A stretch of DNA of 64,000 bases from a virus (Duplodnaviria; Caudoviricetes). The number at the start of each line of letters is the position of its first letter. Within the stretch, counting starts at the first letter, position 1. Position numbers and translations under genes: made by a program. Shown here piece by piece: positions 36,975-46,502 of this stretch. The DNA lies in IMG/VR virus record IMGVR_UViG_3300037420_002493, positions 10,055 through 74,054 of that record. One strand, given 5' to 3'. The notes under the pieces are model-generated. The model saw nothing but the letters and a program-made list of their open reading frames with translations. It ran no database searches and was not told the DNA's origin.

Positions 36975-37634
36975 CTAGTTAAACAGCGCTGTCATTGGAC
37001 TGCCCTTTCTGGGCGATACCGTCTTGCCGTTGATCAAGTCGTTAAACTGACGCCGCTCGTCTGATCTAACTTTCGCTTCGGCGGGCTGCTCTCTGATTCG
37101 AGTTAAGTCATCAGCAACCTTTTCGCGACTGACTTGTTTATCGACCCTCATTTGGGCGATCGCTTTCTTCCGCATGGCAGCAAGTTCTAATTTGAATTTG
37201 TTCTTGCCAGCGGTGAGGTCTAGCTTGCCTTTGCGGTTAGCGAGCTGGATGCCATGCTGAGTATCTTGGGCGATTTTGCTTAGGGTTTGATGATGCTTGG
37301 CGACGGTGATCTCTAACTGAGACACCATCTTTTCGATTTGCTCTTTTCTGGAGAGGGACGCCTCGATCGCTTCCTTGCGAAGTTTCTCAATCTCAACAGT
37401 GCATTCAGTAATGATTTTGATGCTTTCAAGTAAGGACTTAGCAACGTCTACCTGAATCTTCATTGAGTTGGCGTAGTTGCGTAACTCGTGGGCATCTTGC
37501 CCTGTGGCATTGCCCAGTTTGGTGATATCAAAGCCGAATTGAGCTGACAACCCTTGGAGTAAACCAGGGGTGCTACCCTCAACACCTACTCGAAATTTTG
37601 GGATTCTGCCGTTTGAAGAGTTTGTGCTGGTCAT
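36975..37634 (-). CDS. Coiled-coil protein
   Basis: First gene of the ATPase operon. Confidence 0.55.
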   Translation of the reverse strand: MTSTNSSNGRIPKFRVGVEGSTPGLLQGLSAQFGFDITKLGNATGQDAHELRNYANSMKIQVDVAKSLLESIKIITECTVEIEKLRKEAIEASLSRKEQIEKMVSQLEITVAKHHQTLSKIAQDTQHGIQLANRKGKLDLTAGKNKFKLELAAMRKKAIAQMRVDKQVSREKVADDLTRIREQPAEAKVRSDERRQFNDLINGKTVSPRKGSPMTALFN

Positions 37635-37718
37635 GCTGCACCATGTAGGGAATGCAATTACTAAAAAACATACTCCCGTCAAGAGAGTATGTCAACTTGC
37701 CATAAGTCATTTGTTCTA

Positions 37719-37949
37719 TTAATCCTGGCTGTCAATGATATCAGACAGGTTTTTAACTTGAGGCGGTATTATCCTTATGGTTTGTAACCATGCATCAGTC
37801 AGATCAAGATAATTCAAAATTTGCTGTGTTGGCTGTCGATCGCTGTTCGGCGCAATCCAGTGATAGACCGTCGTAGGGTTGACGCCTAGAAAGTCGGCAA
37901 GCTGTAAACCAGTGATGCCATATTTTTCGATAAATTCTTTCGGGTGCAA
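37719..37949 (-). CDS. HTH protein
   Basis: FIEKYGITGLQLADFLGVNPTTVYHW. Confidence 0.7.
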   Translation of the reverse strand: MHPKEFIEKYGITGLQLADFLGVNPTTVYHWIAPNSDRQPTQQILNYLDLTDAWLQTIRIIPPQVKNLSDIIDSQD

Positions 37950-37950
37950 G

Positions 37951-38598
37951 CTACAAACCTCGTTGCTTCAGCAGTGCGATCGCATCCGCTTTCGATGCGA
38001 TTTCCATTCTGTACAGATCGCACCCATCTGGCATACTTTCTCCGGATTTCACCCGACTGAAGCCCATTAGACCCAAAATTCTCGCGCCGATTTCGTATTC
38101 CGCGATCGAGAAGATGGTAAGCGGAAAGGCGATATGACCTGACTCGAGCCAATAACGCAACCCCTGACGCAGCAACGGACGTAAGAACGGGTTTTCTGCC
38201 CCTCAAACTGGCTCAACAGCAACAATCCCACTGGCATACCAAAACGACTGAGGCGATTCTTGGCACTCCTGAACTGACACAGGCTGCAAAACAGATTCAT
38301 GAATCTCGCCATTTTGAAACGAAATTGCCATCTCAGCGGCGATCGGGTAAATGCCGATGCTGGCTTGAATCTGATCGTTGGCAAGCAAAACTCGACTGCC
38401 GAACGGGTAAAGCTCCCACCATTGCTTGAATCGCTCAAAGGACAGGGAGCACTCTTGGTAAGCGTCCTGGTCAATCACAAACAGTTCTTCGAGTCGTTGT
38501 AGGCTTTCTACGGGTTGCATAACGTAGCGGTGAGGTTGACTTAGAAGCGACTCTAGCGACTGACAAGCGGTAATGTTTGGAGACACCAGGATCGACAT
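37951..38598 (-). pseudogene. GNAT-like gene interrupted by one in-frame TGA at 38203-38205
   Basis: ORFs 38203-38598 and 37951-38175 are in the same frame with no other stop between them. Confidence 0.6.
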
Positions 38599-38717
38599 GG
38601 CTTATGGCAAAAAGACAGTGCCCTCAGCATATCCATGCCACCTCTAAAATGTCAAAAAGCCCGATCGACACTTCCATCGATCGAGCTTCTTAGCAAATCG
38701 GTCATACGTGACCGATT

Positions 38718-38915
38718 TCAGAGTTTTCCATCGGCTCTCAACTTTTCCTCAACCGCTTGCCGAATGTAGTCCTGATGGTTGGGAATCAACCGCAACGCTT
38801 CATCTACATCCACCGGATAGCGCGTTCCAATTACTTTTCCTAACGCCCGATCGCCATGTTTCGGAACCTGTTGCGCTTTGAATTCTGGAGTCTGAACGGG
38901 TTGCTTGTTTGCCAT
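38718..38915 (-). CDS. Ribbon-helix-helix regulator
   Basis: GKVIGTRYPVDV..QDYIRQAVEEKL. Confidence 0.7.
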   Translation of the reverse strand: MANKQPVQTPEFKAQQVPKHGDRALGKVIGTRYPVDVDEALRLIPNHQDYIRQAVEEKLRADGKL

Positions 38916-39096
38916 ATTCTTACCCTGTGATATACGGATGTTAACAGGGAATCAGGCTATTCTTGAATCAGTAAATTCAAGGGATTTTTTTATTCAGTTT
39001 TGACAGAAAGTTCAGTGTAAATACTCCCTGTATCCGTTGTTAACAAGGAATACAATAGAAGCATGAGAGGAAAACACTCTACCCTCTCATCAGGAG

Positions 39097-39297
39097 GTGA
39101 AGACCATGACACAGGCTGGAGGTAACGGGCATAAGCCAGATGTTGATTCCGACGACATCACAGTTTATGAACCCGCGTCCCTACCAGAGAGCGGTGAACC
39201 CATCGGCTGGTACGAAACCGATCCGAAGGGTGAAGAGGGAGAAATCACTCCCAACCTACCGCCCGAACTCGATGACGACACCGAATCGTCGAACTAG
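39097..39297 (+). CDS. Small acidic protein
   Basis: AGGAGG upstream. Confidence 0.5.
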   Translation: MKTMTQAGGNGHKPDVDSDDITVYEPASLPESGEPIGWYETDPKGEEGEITPNLPPELDDDTESSN

Positions 39298-39359
39298 CGC
39301 CTAGCTAGACAGCCCTCAAGCTCACTTTGGGGGCTGCCCCTCTATCACGGAGTATAGCA

Positions 39360-39677
39360 ATGTCAGATTCAAATGTGACTCATCCTGATTACATCCGTAT
39401 CGTGGAACGAGTGCCAGAAGGATGGATGTTCAAAAAAGGTCGATTGGTCTATAAGCGGTTGCCGATCGCTAGCGCCGATTTAGATAATCTTGAATTGATG
39501 TACGGAATCTCGAAGCAGCAAGTGACCATTGAACTATTCCGCATCAATGGCGGCAAAGCAGGCTACTACCTGGCAGACTTGCGGCACAAACAGTACTACT
39601 ACTGTGGAACTGAGACAGAAGACATCAAAGCGGTGCTTCTGAAGCTTGGGATTGGACGCGCTGACCCAATGAACTGA
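39360..39677 (+). CDS. Hypothetical protein
   Basis: 105 aa; GGAG upstream. Confidence 0.55.
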   Translation: MSDSNVTHPDYIRIVERVPEGWMFKKGRLVYKRLPIASADLDNLELMYGISKQQVTIELFRINGGKAGYYLADLRHKQYYYCGTETEDIKAVLLKLGIGRADPMN

Positions 39678-39783
39678 TGGAAGGTGAATTATCCCGATCG
39701 TCTCCTATCAAATCGGTCAGCGTGACCGATTGTGACATCACGCAATAGGGCATACTCAAGCCGACCCCTCAACTCCATCCCCA

Positions 39784-39993
39784 ATGACCGACCCCCTATC
39801 ACCCTTCACGATTCGCCCTAAGAAACTGTTGATTCCCCTGCTGGTCTCGCTATCAGCACTTGGCGTTCTAGCGGTAACAATCGTGTTCTCCTACCATCCG
39901 GTGATGGTCTGGCTCAATCACGGGCAATGGTGCGCGGATGTAACCGGAGAAGCTAAGGTCGTAGCGGTTCACTATGGGGCTGATTGCGATTGA
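39784..39993 (+). CDS. Small single-TM protein
   Basis: LLIPLLVSLSALGVLAVTIVF. Confidence 0.5.
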   Translation: MTDPLSPFTIRPKKLLIPLLVSLSALGVLAVTIVFSYHPVMVWLNHGQWCADVTGEAKVVAVHYGADCD

Positions 39994-40199
39994 GGGGTGG
40001 GGAGTGTCGATCGCATCTTCTAAACCGTCGATCGCACCAGTTGAAACACCTCCGATTTGAAATCGGAACTGAGGGGTGCGATCGCACCTTCCAACCCAAG
40101 CGATCGCATCTTCCAATCTGGCGATCGCACCCCTCACAAATCGGTCACGTCTGACCGATTTCAAAAGCGACAATGGTTATCCTTCTACAGCAACTCTGA

Positions 40200-41756
40200 T
40201 TGGCTATGAGAGCGAAAACGCCTAGCTTTGTAACCAATATCCCCCTGAGAGTCAGCCCCTCAGAGGAGCAAATCTTGTTGACTCGACTGGAAGCAGGTCG
40301 CCAACTCTACAATGCCTGCCTGGGAGAAGCGATTAAGCGAGTAGGACTTTACAAACAATCGAAGCTCTACCAGCTCGCTAAGACATTGCCGAAAGGGAAG
40401 GAACGAACCAAAGCCTTTCAAGCCGCACGGGAATCTGCGGGCTACACCGAATACGCTCTGCACTCCTACGCAACCCAAATCCGCAATGGTGGAGGTAAAT
40501 GGATTGCAAAACACATTGATGCCAATACTGCTCAGAAACTTGCAACTCGCGCATTTGAAGCAACAGAACGGGTCAATTTTGGCAAAGCTAAAAAGGTTCG
40601 ATTCAAGAGCAAGAATCAGCTTGACAGCCTGGAAGGAAAGACCAGCACAAGGGGAATTCGCTGGAAGAATGAGCAAGTCCATTGGTCAGGATTGGTTTTG
40701 AACCCGCTGATTGATGAGAATGATCCGGTTGTCCTGCACGGATTGAATAGTCCTGTCAAATATGTTCGTTTGGTGCGTCGTAAAGTCAGAGGGCAAAATT
40801 TGTTCTATGTGCAATTAATCAACGAAGGGCAGCCTTTCCGGAAGCCCAAACACCAAATGAGAGAAGGTGTTGTTGGATTGGATATTGGAACATCCACCAT
40901 TGCCATTGTTGGAGGTGGACAAGCCGAACTGAAACCGTTTTGCAATGAATTGGCAGACAGGCATAAAGAGATTCGGCAGTTGCAACGCAAAATGGAACGG
41001 CAACGCAGAGCCAACAATCCCGATAATTTTGAGCCTGATTCTATCGATTCCAAAGAACGCAAGAAGAAAGGGAAGGTCAAGAAGGGTGCAAGGCATTGGA
41101 AACACTCAAAGACCTATCTCAAAACCCGTCAGCGCAAGGCAGAGATTGAGCGTCAACTGACGGCACACAGAAAAAGTTTGCAGAACCAGCTTGCCCATGA
41201 GGTATTCAGTTTGGGTAATGTGGTGAAGCTAGAAAAGCTTTCGTACAGAGCCTTCCAACGGATGTACGGGAAGTCGGTGGGCAGACGTGCCCCCGGTATG
41301 TTTGTAGAACGGTTGCGACGGATAGCTGAAACTGCTGCGTCAGCCACCGTATTTGAGTTTCCAACCAGGGAAACCAAACTATCTCAACGTTGTCTCTGTG
41401 GTCGAATCCACAAAAAATCGCTCTCTCAACGAGTACACCAGTGCGAGTGCGGCATTGTTGCCCAACGGGATCTGTTCAGCGGATTCTTAGGGCAATTTGT
41501 GGATCTTGAAACCGCCTGTTTCAATGCGACCCTTGCAAATCAAGTCTGGGGTCAAGGTTGGGACACCATCCTGATGACGGCTTGGCAACAGGCGACCACG
41601 CTCTATAACCAATCTTCGATAGGGAGGCTAAATGCCAACCAACGTGGCGACAATGCTGCGTCGGAGAAGATCGTCTCGAAAGCTTTAGGGGAACGTTTTA
41701 AGACCCAGGATGCTGTAGCCTTGCGCGAGAGCCTGGGGGAAAAACTGATAACCTAA
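40200..41756 (+). CDS. tnpB: IS200/IS605-family TnpB RNA-guided endonuclease
   Basis: VGLDIG; KLEKL; TKLSQRCLCG..CECG; QRDL; all three RuvC acidic residues present. Confidence 0.9.
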   Translation: MAMRAKTPSFVTNIPLRVSPSEEQILLTRLEAGRQLYNACLGEAIKRVGLYKQSKLYQLAKTLPKGKERTKAFQAARESAGYTEYALHSYATQIRNGGGKWIAKHIDANTAQKLATRAFEATERVNFGKAKKVRFKSKNQLDSLEGKTSTRGIRWKNEQVHWSGLVLNPLIDENDPVVLHGLNSPVKYVRLVRRKVRGQNLFYVQLINEGQPFRKPKHQMREGVVGLDIGTSTIAIVGGGQAELKPFCNELADRHKEIRQLQRKMERQRRANNPDNFEPDSIDSKERKKKGKVKKGARHWKHSKTYLKTRQRKAEIERQLTAHRKSLQNQLAHEVFSLGNVVKLEKLSYRAFQRMYGKSVGRRAPGMFVERLRRIAETAASATVFEFPTRETKLSQRCLCGRIHKKSLSQRVHQCECGIVAQRDLFSGFLGQFVDLETACFNATLANQVWGQGWDTILMTAWQQATTLYNQSSIGRLNANQRGDNAASEKIVSKALGERFKTQDAVALRESLGEKLIT

Positions 41757-41790
41757 AGAACCCCCGCATTCTATGCGCGGGGAGTCGTCA
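41757..41790 (+). mobile_element. IS200/IS605 right end / omegaRNA 3' boundary
   Basis: GAACCCCCGCATTCTATGCGCGGGGAGTCGTCA hairpin ending in GTCA; no tnpA nearby. Confidence 0.75.
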
Positions 41791-42177
41791 GGAAGCAACC
41801 TTCTCAACCGCCCTACTCCGCTTTCCACCTCTCCGTTTCCGCGTCTTTTTCACCCGTGTGACAGGTTTACTCTTACAATCCTTCAAATCTGCTTCCTGCA
41901 CAGCCTTAGACGCGATTTTCTCATCTGTGACAGCAGCCGGAATTTGCATCTCTAAAACCTTCGCTACAGCCCGCAATTGCCCTTCCAAATGTGCGGGCAA
42001 TCGGATTGTCTTGGTGGGCGATGTGAAAGTGTGACACGCTTTGGGAAATTCGAGCCAGTGCGCGGGCAATATCGCGTGATTGCCATCGACTACAACGGTC
42101 GCGTGATGGGCGTCGAAAGCTCCGAGGAAATGGGCAGATTGGTTTGTGAAATAGCCTTGGGTAACTGTGACAAGCAT
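41788..42177 (-). CDS. Hypothetical protein with basic C-term
   Basis: Its stop codon coincides with the IS right end. Confidence 0.5.
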   Translation of the reverse strand: MLVTVTQGYFTNQSAHFLGAFDAHHATVVVDGNHAILPAHWLEFPKACHTFTSPTKTIRLPAHLEGQLRAVAKVLEMQIPAAVTDEKIASKAVQEADLKDCKSKPVTRVKKTRKRRGGKRSRAVEKVAS

Positions 42178-42409
42178 TGCTGATCCGGGTAGGGGTGGGA
42201 TCAGCTTAGACGAAGTTTTGAGAAGTGCGATCGTGGGTTTTGGGGTGGGCGATCGTGGGTTTTAGAAGACGCAGCAAGAGTGCAAGTTTAAAGGGCTAAC
42301 AGCTTAAGAGAAGAGATGGTCACAAATTGCCCACTTTCGCAGCCCATCTCTAACGGAGACTCCTAACCATGAGGAGTCAACGGACCCTCTTAAACTTGCA
42401 ACGAAAGTA

Positions 42410-42616
42410 ATGAAAACAATAAAACGCCCAATTTTCAAGATTTCTAGCCGCTTTGCTCAATTTGTAGTTACAGCACTAGCAGCAGGACTGTTTACCGCGA
42501 TCGTGATGCAATACCCCGGACTCATTGATGTACAGGTGAGTCCAACTGGTGGTCATATTACGATCGATGGACGCTCAACCGTTCAACCCGCTCTACCTCC
42601 GCGTGACCAAATGTAA
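42410..42616 (+). CDS. Small single-TM protein
   Basis: FVVTALAAGLFTAIVM. Confidence 0.45.
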   Translation: MKTIKRPIFKISSRFAQFVVTALAAGLFTAIVMQYPGLIDVQVSPTGGHITIDGRSTVQPALPPRDQM

Positions 42617-42625
42617 GGCTTAAGA

Positions 42626-42655
42626 CTAAGGGGGAGTAACCTTGCTCTCCCTTAG
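42626..42655. terminator. Hairpin between convergent genes
   Basis: CTAAGGGGGAG...CTCTCCCTTAG. Confidence 0.45.
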
Positions 42656-42702
42656 AGCCGCTTCCCCGAGGTTACCGTAATCAATTACGGTGAGCAGTGT
42701 AA

Positions 42703-43497
42703 TTAAATGCCTTGGATCTCGGTCATGCTCCTGTACTGACGCCATCCCCGAAAATTCTTGGAAAGTTCATCGTAGCTCGCAACGGCACAATGCTCGAATG
42801 GGGATAGATGCCCATTTTCTAGCAACGAATCGTGCAACTTCTGATCAGCTTCGTAACTGTATTCACCCAGGTGGGTGCTGTAACTTAGTCGAGCGCATCG
42901 AGCGGTAGCCACTTTCAACTTTTGCCTGATCGTCAAGCTGGCACAAAAATCATCGTCCGCAAACGGAATGTGCCATTCATGCAGCTTGAGCGGAATTGGT
43001 TGGTGCTCCTTGCGTAGTCTCAGCATCTCGACCGCGTATTCCCTAAATTCGGGCTGTGCGGTTGGATGGGTTCGCAGTTTAAAGAAATTCTCCCATTCGG
43101 TTGCCGAAACGATGACAGGCACCTTCATGAACGGTTCTAGAAGCCGGTTTGCATTCTGTTTATGAATGCCGATCGCAATTAGCTCATAGACCTGCTCTAC
43201 AGCAGCATCAAGAGCTTTCAGCCAAACATCTCTAGCAATGCGAATCTCATGCGGCTGCAAGTCCTCAACACCCTGCATTCCTTTCTGATTGCGGGTGAAA
43301 TGTGGGATGAATGGGTCTGCTTTGACCTTCTCAATCATCTTCTCGATCGGGATAGCGCGAGATGATGCCGCATTGCGTGAGAACATCCGGTGCGTGTTTA
43401 ATTCAGCAAGCAGACACTTCGGGAAATCCGAAATTAGAAACGTCGTGAGCCGATTGCCGTAGGGGTTGATTGAATCCGCCAGAATTTTAATTTGCAT
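42703..43497 (-). CDS. thyX: FAD-dependent thymidylate synthase
   Basis: ELNTHRMFSRNAASSRAIP; ARCARLSY; HLSPFEH. Confidence 0.9.
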   Translation of the reverse strand: MQIKILADSINPYGNRLTTFLISDFPKCLLAELNTHRMFSRNAASSRAIPIEKMIEKVKADPFIPHFTRNQKGMQGVEDLQPHEIRIARDVWLKALDAAVEQVYELIAIGIHKQNANRLLEPFMKVPVIVSATEWENFFKLRTHPTAQPEFREYAVEMLRLRKEHQPIPLKLHEWHIPFADDDFCASLTIRQKLKVATARCARLSYSTHLGEYSYEADQKLHDSLLENGHLSPFEHCAVASYDELSKNFRGWRQYRSMTEIQGI

Positions 43498-43498
43498 C

Positions 43499-43930
43499 TC
43501 AGAATTTCCGGGAGTCTAATGAGTAACTGATCTCGGCAATCAAATCAAACAGGTCTTTTAGGTCAAATGCGGGTTTTCCTATCCCGATCGACCACAGGAG
43601 ACGCGTCATAAAACTGGGGTTGATTTGGTTGAAGGTTTGGCGAATGGCGTACCATCGTGCTTTACTCAAACACTTCTCGATCGAGTCTTTCTCTCCCAGT
43701 CGCCACAGATACTTAACAAGGCAGGCTTCAGAGAAGTTCAACTTGTTCGCCTCAATGAAGTTGATGCACTTCATCTCAAGTTCTTCGGGCGTCAACCTCA
43801 AATACAGCAGAAAAGGTCTACCTGCATCCGACACCCTTTCGTATCGGCTTGGGTTATGAACATCAGTATTAGAGGAGATTTCGCTGTCTGTGTCGAATTG
43901 CTTGAGATATTGCTCGAAGGTTAGCGCCAT
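43499..43930 (-). CDS. DUF3310-like protein (T7 gp1.7 nucleotide-kinase-like)
   Basis: VHNPSRY; NFSEACLVKYLWRLGEK; LSKARWY. Confidence 0.65.
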   Translation of the reverse strand: MALTFEQYLKQFDTDSEISSNTDVHNPSRYERVSDAGRPFLLYLRLTPEELEMKCINFIEANKLNFSEACLVKYLWRLGEKDSIEKCLSKARWYAIRQTFNQINPSFMTRLLWSIGIGKPAFDLKDLFDLIAEISYSLDSRKF

Positions 43931-44235
43931 AGGTTCAGGGGTTAAAAAGCAATCTATGTGTAAAAGAGTTTAGTTGACAAATTGAGTTTGGTTGACAGCG
44001 CCATTATGTCAACTAAACTCGCATTCACCAGTATCGATCGACATCAAACCTTCTTCAATATCCTCGTCAATATCCACCAATGTTTCTGCTCCTTCTCAAA
44101 CCAGCAAAATGTATGGAGTGGCAAATCAAATGGTTTTTCACAGACGATCGCAACTCTATTGGTCGGAGTAATAACCCGATCGTCCTTAAAAAATATCGTT
44201 GTTGATTGCGTTGCCGTCTTCATAGATCAAATCGG

Positions 44236-44478
44236 TCACGTCTGACCGATTTGGGAGAGGTGCGATCGCTGGAAACCTTCTTCTAATTCCTGCATTGCGC
44301 GTTGCGATCGCTTCACTCGCTTCTCATATCCAGAGCGATCGCACTCGTGTTCTGTCCAGTCGAGGTTATAACTCTTCGACTTGCCATACACAAAGCGCCA
44401 CTGGATGTCTGCTGAGCAGAATCGACAGATTTGAGTTTTCGTTGGTTTTTGCGTTTGATCGACTTCGTCCATCATCAA
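44236..44478 (-). CDS. Hypothetical Zn-ribbon protein
   Basis: CRFCSADIQW..HECD. Confidence 0.5.
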   Translation of the reverse strand: MMMDEVDQTQKPTKTQICRFCSADIQWRFVYGKSKSYNLDWTEHECDRSGYEKRVKRSQRAMQELEEGFQRSHLSQIGQT

Positions 44479-44681
44479 TCCTCCAAGACGAGTGTTTGTG
44501 TATGACGCTGTTCTACAAAACGTTGCGATTCTCGAATTTGCTGAACGTGCTGCTCAAAATTTAACTTTGAACTTGCTAATTCAGGGAAATATTTTCGCAA
44601 GGCAAGGGCGATCGCTACAGGATCAGAACCGGCAGCCACGATCGCGGCTTTACCTTCGGAATTAAACTCTACGGTATTCAT
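44475..44681 (-). CDS. Hypothetical protein
   Basis: Coupled to dnaB. Confidence 0.5.
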   Translation of the reverse strand: MNTVEFNSEGKAAIVAAGSDPVAIALALRKYFPELASSKLNFEQHVQQIRESQRFVEQRHTQTLVLED

Positions 44682-46045
44682 GAGCTTACCAAATTTCTAA
44701 ACCGAGTAAATTGGGGTTCAAATAGCAATTTCACAGTTCCAACCGGACCGTTGCGCTGCTTTGTGATGATGAGTTCCGTGATTCCCCGATCGACGCTTTC
44801 CGGGTTGTAATATTCATCGCGATACAGCATCACCACCACATCCGCGTCTTGCTCGATCGCACCTGACTCTCTCAGGTCCGACATCATGGGTCGCTTGTCA
44901 GAGCGAGATTCAACACTACGGCTTAACTGCGATAGAACAACGATCGGAACGTCTAGTTCACGAGCCAACGCTTTCAAAGCGCGGGTAATTTTTGCAATTT
45001 CTTGAACTCGGTTTTCGCTGCTGCCTTCCATCAGTTGCAAATAATCGATCGCGATCATTCCAAGCTGCCCCACTTGAGCCATTAGCTTTCGACTTTTAGA
45101 TCGGATGGTAGCAACGCTGATTACAGGAGAATCGTCGATGTAGATTGGTCTTCCTGATAGCTTGCTCACCCCAATACCGAGCTGCTCCCAATCACGATCG
45201 CTAACTTTTCCCGTTCGCAGCGCTCCAGAGGTAACACTCGACTCCAGCGACATAAAGCGCTGTGCAATCTGAGTTTTAGACATCTCTAGACTGAAAATTA
45301 CAGTTGGTAAATTCAGAGTGCCGACGTGGTTCATTGCGTTCAACACCCACGCGGTTTTACCCATCGATGGGCGTCCAGCAACGATAATCAAGTCTTGTCG
45401 CTGAAAACCTTGAGTCATGCCATCGAGGTCATAGAACCCTGTGGGGATGCCAGGGGGCTTACCCTCCGACTGCAAGAGAGAAATGCTTTCATACTCGCTT
45501 TGAACTAAAGAACCAAGCTCTGCAAAATCCTGATTCCTGTCCTGCTCAAAGACGCCCATCAAAAGTCGTTCAGCTTCGTTCTGAAGTAAATCATCGTTCA
45601 CCGTCTCGTCATAGGCTAGAGAGGCAATTTGGTGGCAGATAGAAGCGGTTCTACGCCGCATCCACTTCTTACGAATTGCGTGAGCGTATGCATCAATGTT
45701 TGCAGCCGTCATGCAAACTTCGTAAAGTTCAACCAGTCGAGACTTCCCCCCAACCTTGTCTAGAAGGTTTTGTTCTTGCAGCCAATTCGAGACGGTGAAT
45801 AAATCTACAGGTTGCTGATTCTGATGAAGCACGATCGCGGCTTTGTAGGTTTCTTTGTTAGACGAGTAGTAGAAATGCTCTGCTTTCAGAAAGTCTGCGA
45901 CACGTTCTAGAGCGTTGGGGTCAAACAAGATTCCGCCGATTACAGCCTCTTCCATTGCTTGCGATGAAGGAGGGGCGGATTGCTGTCTTGTGATGTGGAT
46001 GACGTTCGATCTGGAGTCGGAGTTATCAGCAGAAAGTTCAGTCAT
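44678..46045 (-). CDS. dnaB: Replicative DNA helicase
   Basis: GIPTGFYDLD; AGRPSMGKT; FSLEMS; IDYLQLM; SQLSRSVE; DLRESGAIEQDAD. Confidence 0.97.
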   Translation of the reverse strand: MTELSADNSDSRSNVIHITRQQSAPPSSQAMEEAVIGGILFDPNALERVADFLKAEHFYYSSNKETYKAAIVLHQNQQPVDLFTVSNWLQEQNLLDKVGGKSRLVELYEVCMTAANIDAYAHAIRKKWMRRRTASICHQIASLAYDETVNDDLLQNEAERLLMGVFEQDRNQDFAELGSLVQSEYESISLLQSEGKPPGIPTGFYDLDGMTQGFQRQDLIIVAGRPSMGKTAWVLNAMNHVGTLNLPTVIFSLEMSKTQIAQRFMSLESSVTSGALRTGKVSDRDWEQLGIGVSKLSGRPIYIDDSPVISVATIRSKSRKLMAQVGQLGMIAIDYLQLMEGSSENRVQEIAKITRALKALARELDVPIVVLSQLSRSVESRSDKRPMMSDLRESGAIEQDADVVVMLYRDEYYNPESVDRGITELIITKQRNGPVGTVKLLFEPQFTRFRNLVSS

Positions 46046-46097
46046 GACGAATCCGGGGTAATTGAGGGTTGATGCTGTAGATGCTCAGGAATTGCTT

Positions 46098-46502
46098 TTA
46101 GCTGGCAAATCTTCTTTTGGCTGCTGCCTGCCTTGCTTGCATTTCGCGTTTAGCTGCCTGTACCATCTCTTGGACGTGGGGAGGTGGAGGGTTGAAGCCT
46201 TCTTGCCGCTTGCGGTAAAGCTCGGCTTCTTCTTCAGGGGTAAGAACGCGGTATTCCAGTTTGGGTTGCTGCTGTTTGCGGAACTGCAATCCTAAATCAA
46301 TGAAATCTTTTGGGCGTGGAAGAAAACTGCTGTCTCTGAAAAGTTGATTTGCAGCAAAAGTAAACTCTTCGTCGTTCAGCTCTTCAGAAATTAGGTCGTA
46401 GTATTTCGCGATCGCTGAATCATCCAGCTTCTTGCTGGTGTTGAACATGATTCGGCTGACAATGTTGAAAAAATGCTCTGCAAAAACTTCTTGGCTAATC
46501 AT
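46098..46502 (-). CDS. Putative helicase loader/inhibitor
   Basis: Between initiator and dnaB; FLPRPKDF. Confidence 0.45.
   Translation of the reverse strand: MISQEVFAEHFFNIVSRIMFNTSKKLDDSAIAKYYDLISEELNDEEFTFAANQLFRDSSFLPRPKDFIDLGLQFRKQQQPKLEYRVLTPEEEAELYRKRQEGFNPPPPHVQEMVQAAKREMQARQAAAKRRFAS

Noticed and set aside
41791-41810. In-window target for the orphan TnpB guide
   Set aside because: I saw no second copy of GGAAGCAACCTTC by eye; not exhaustively searched.
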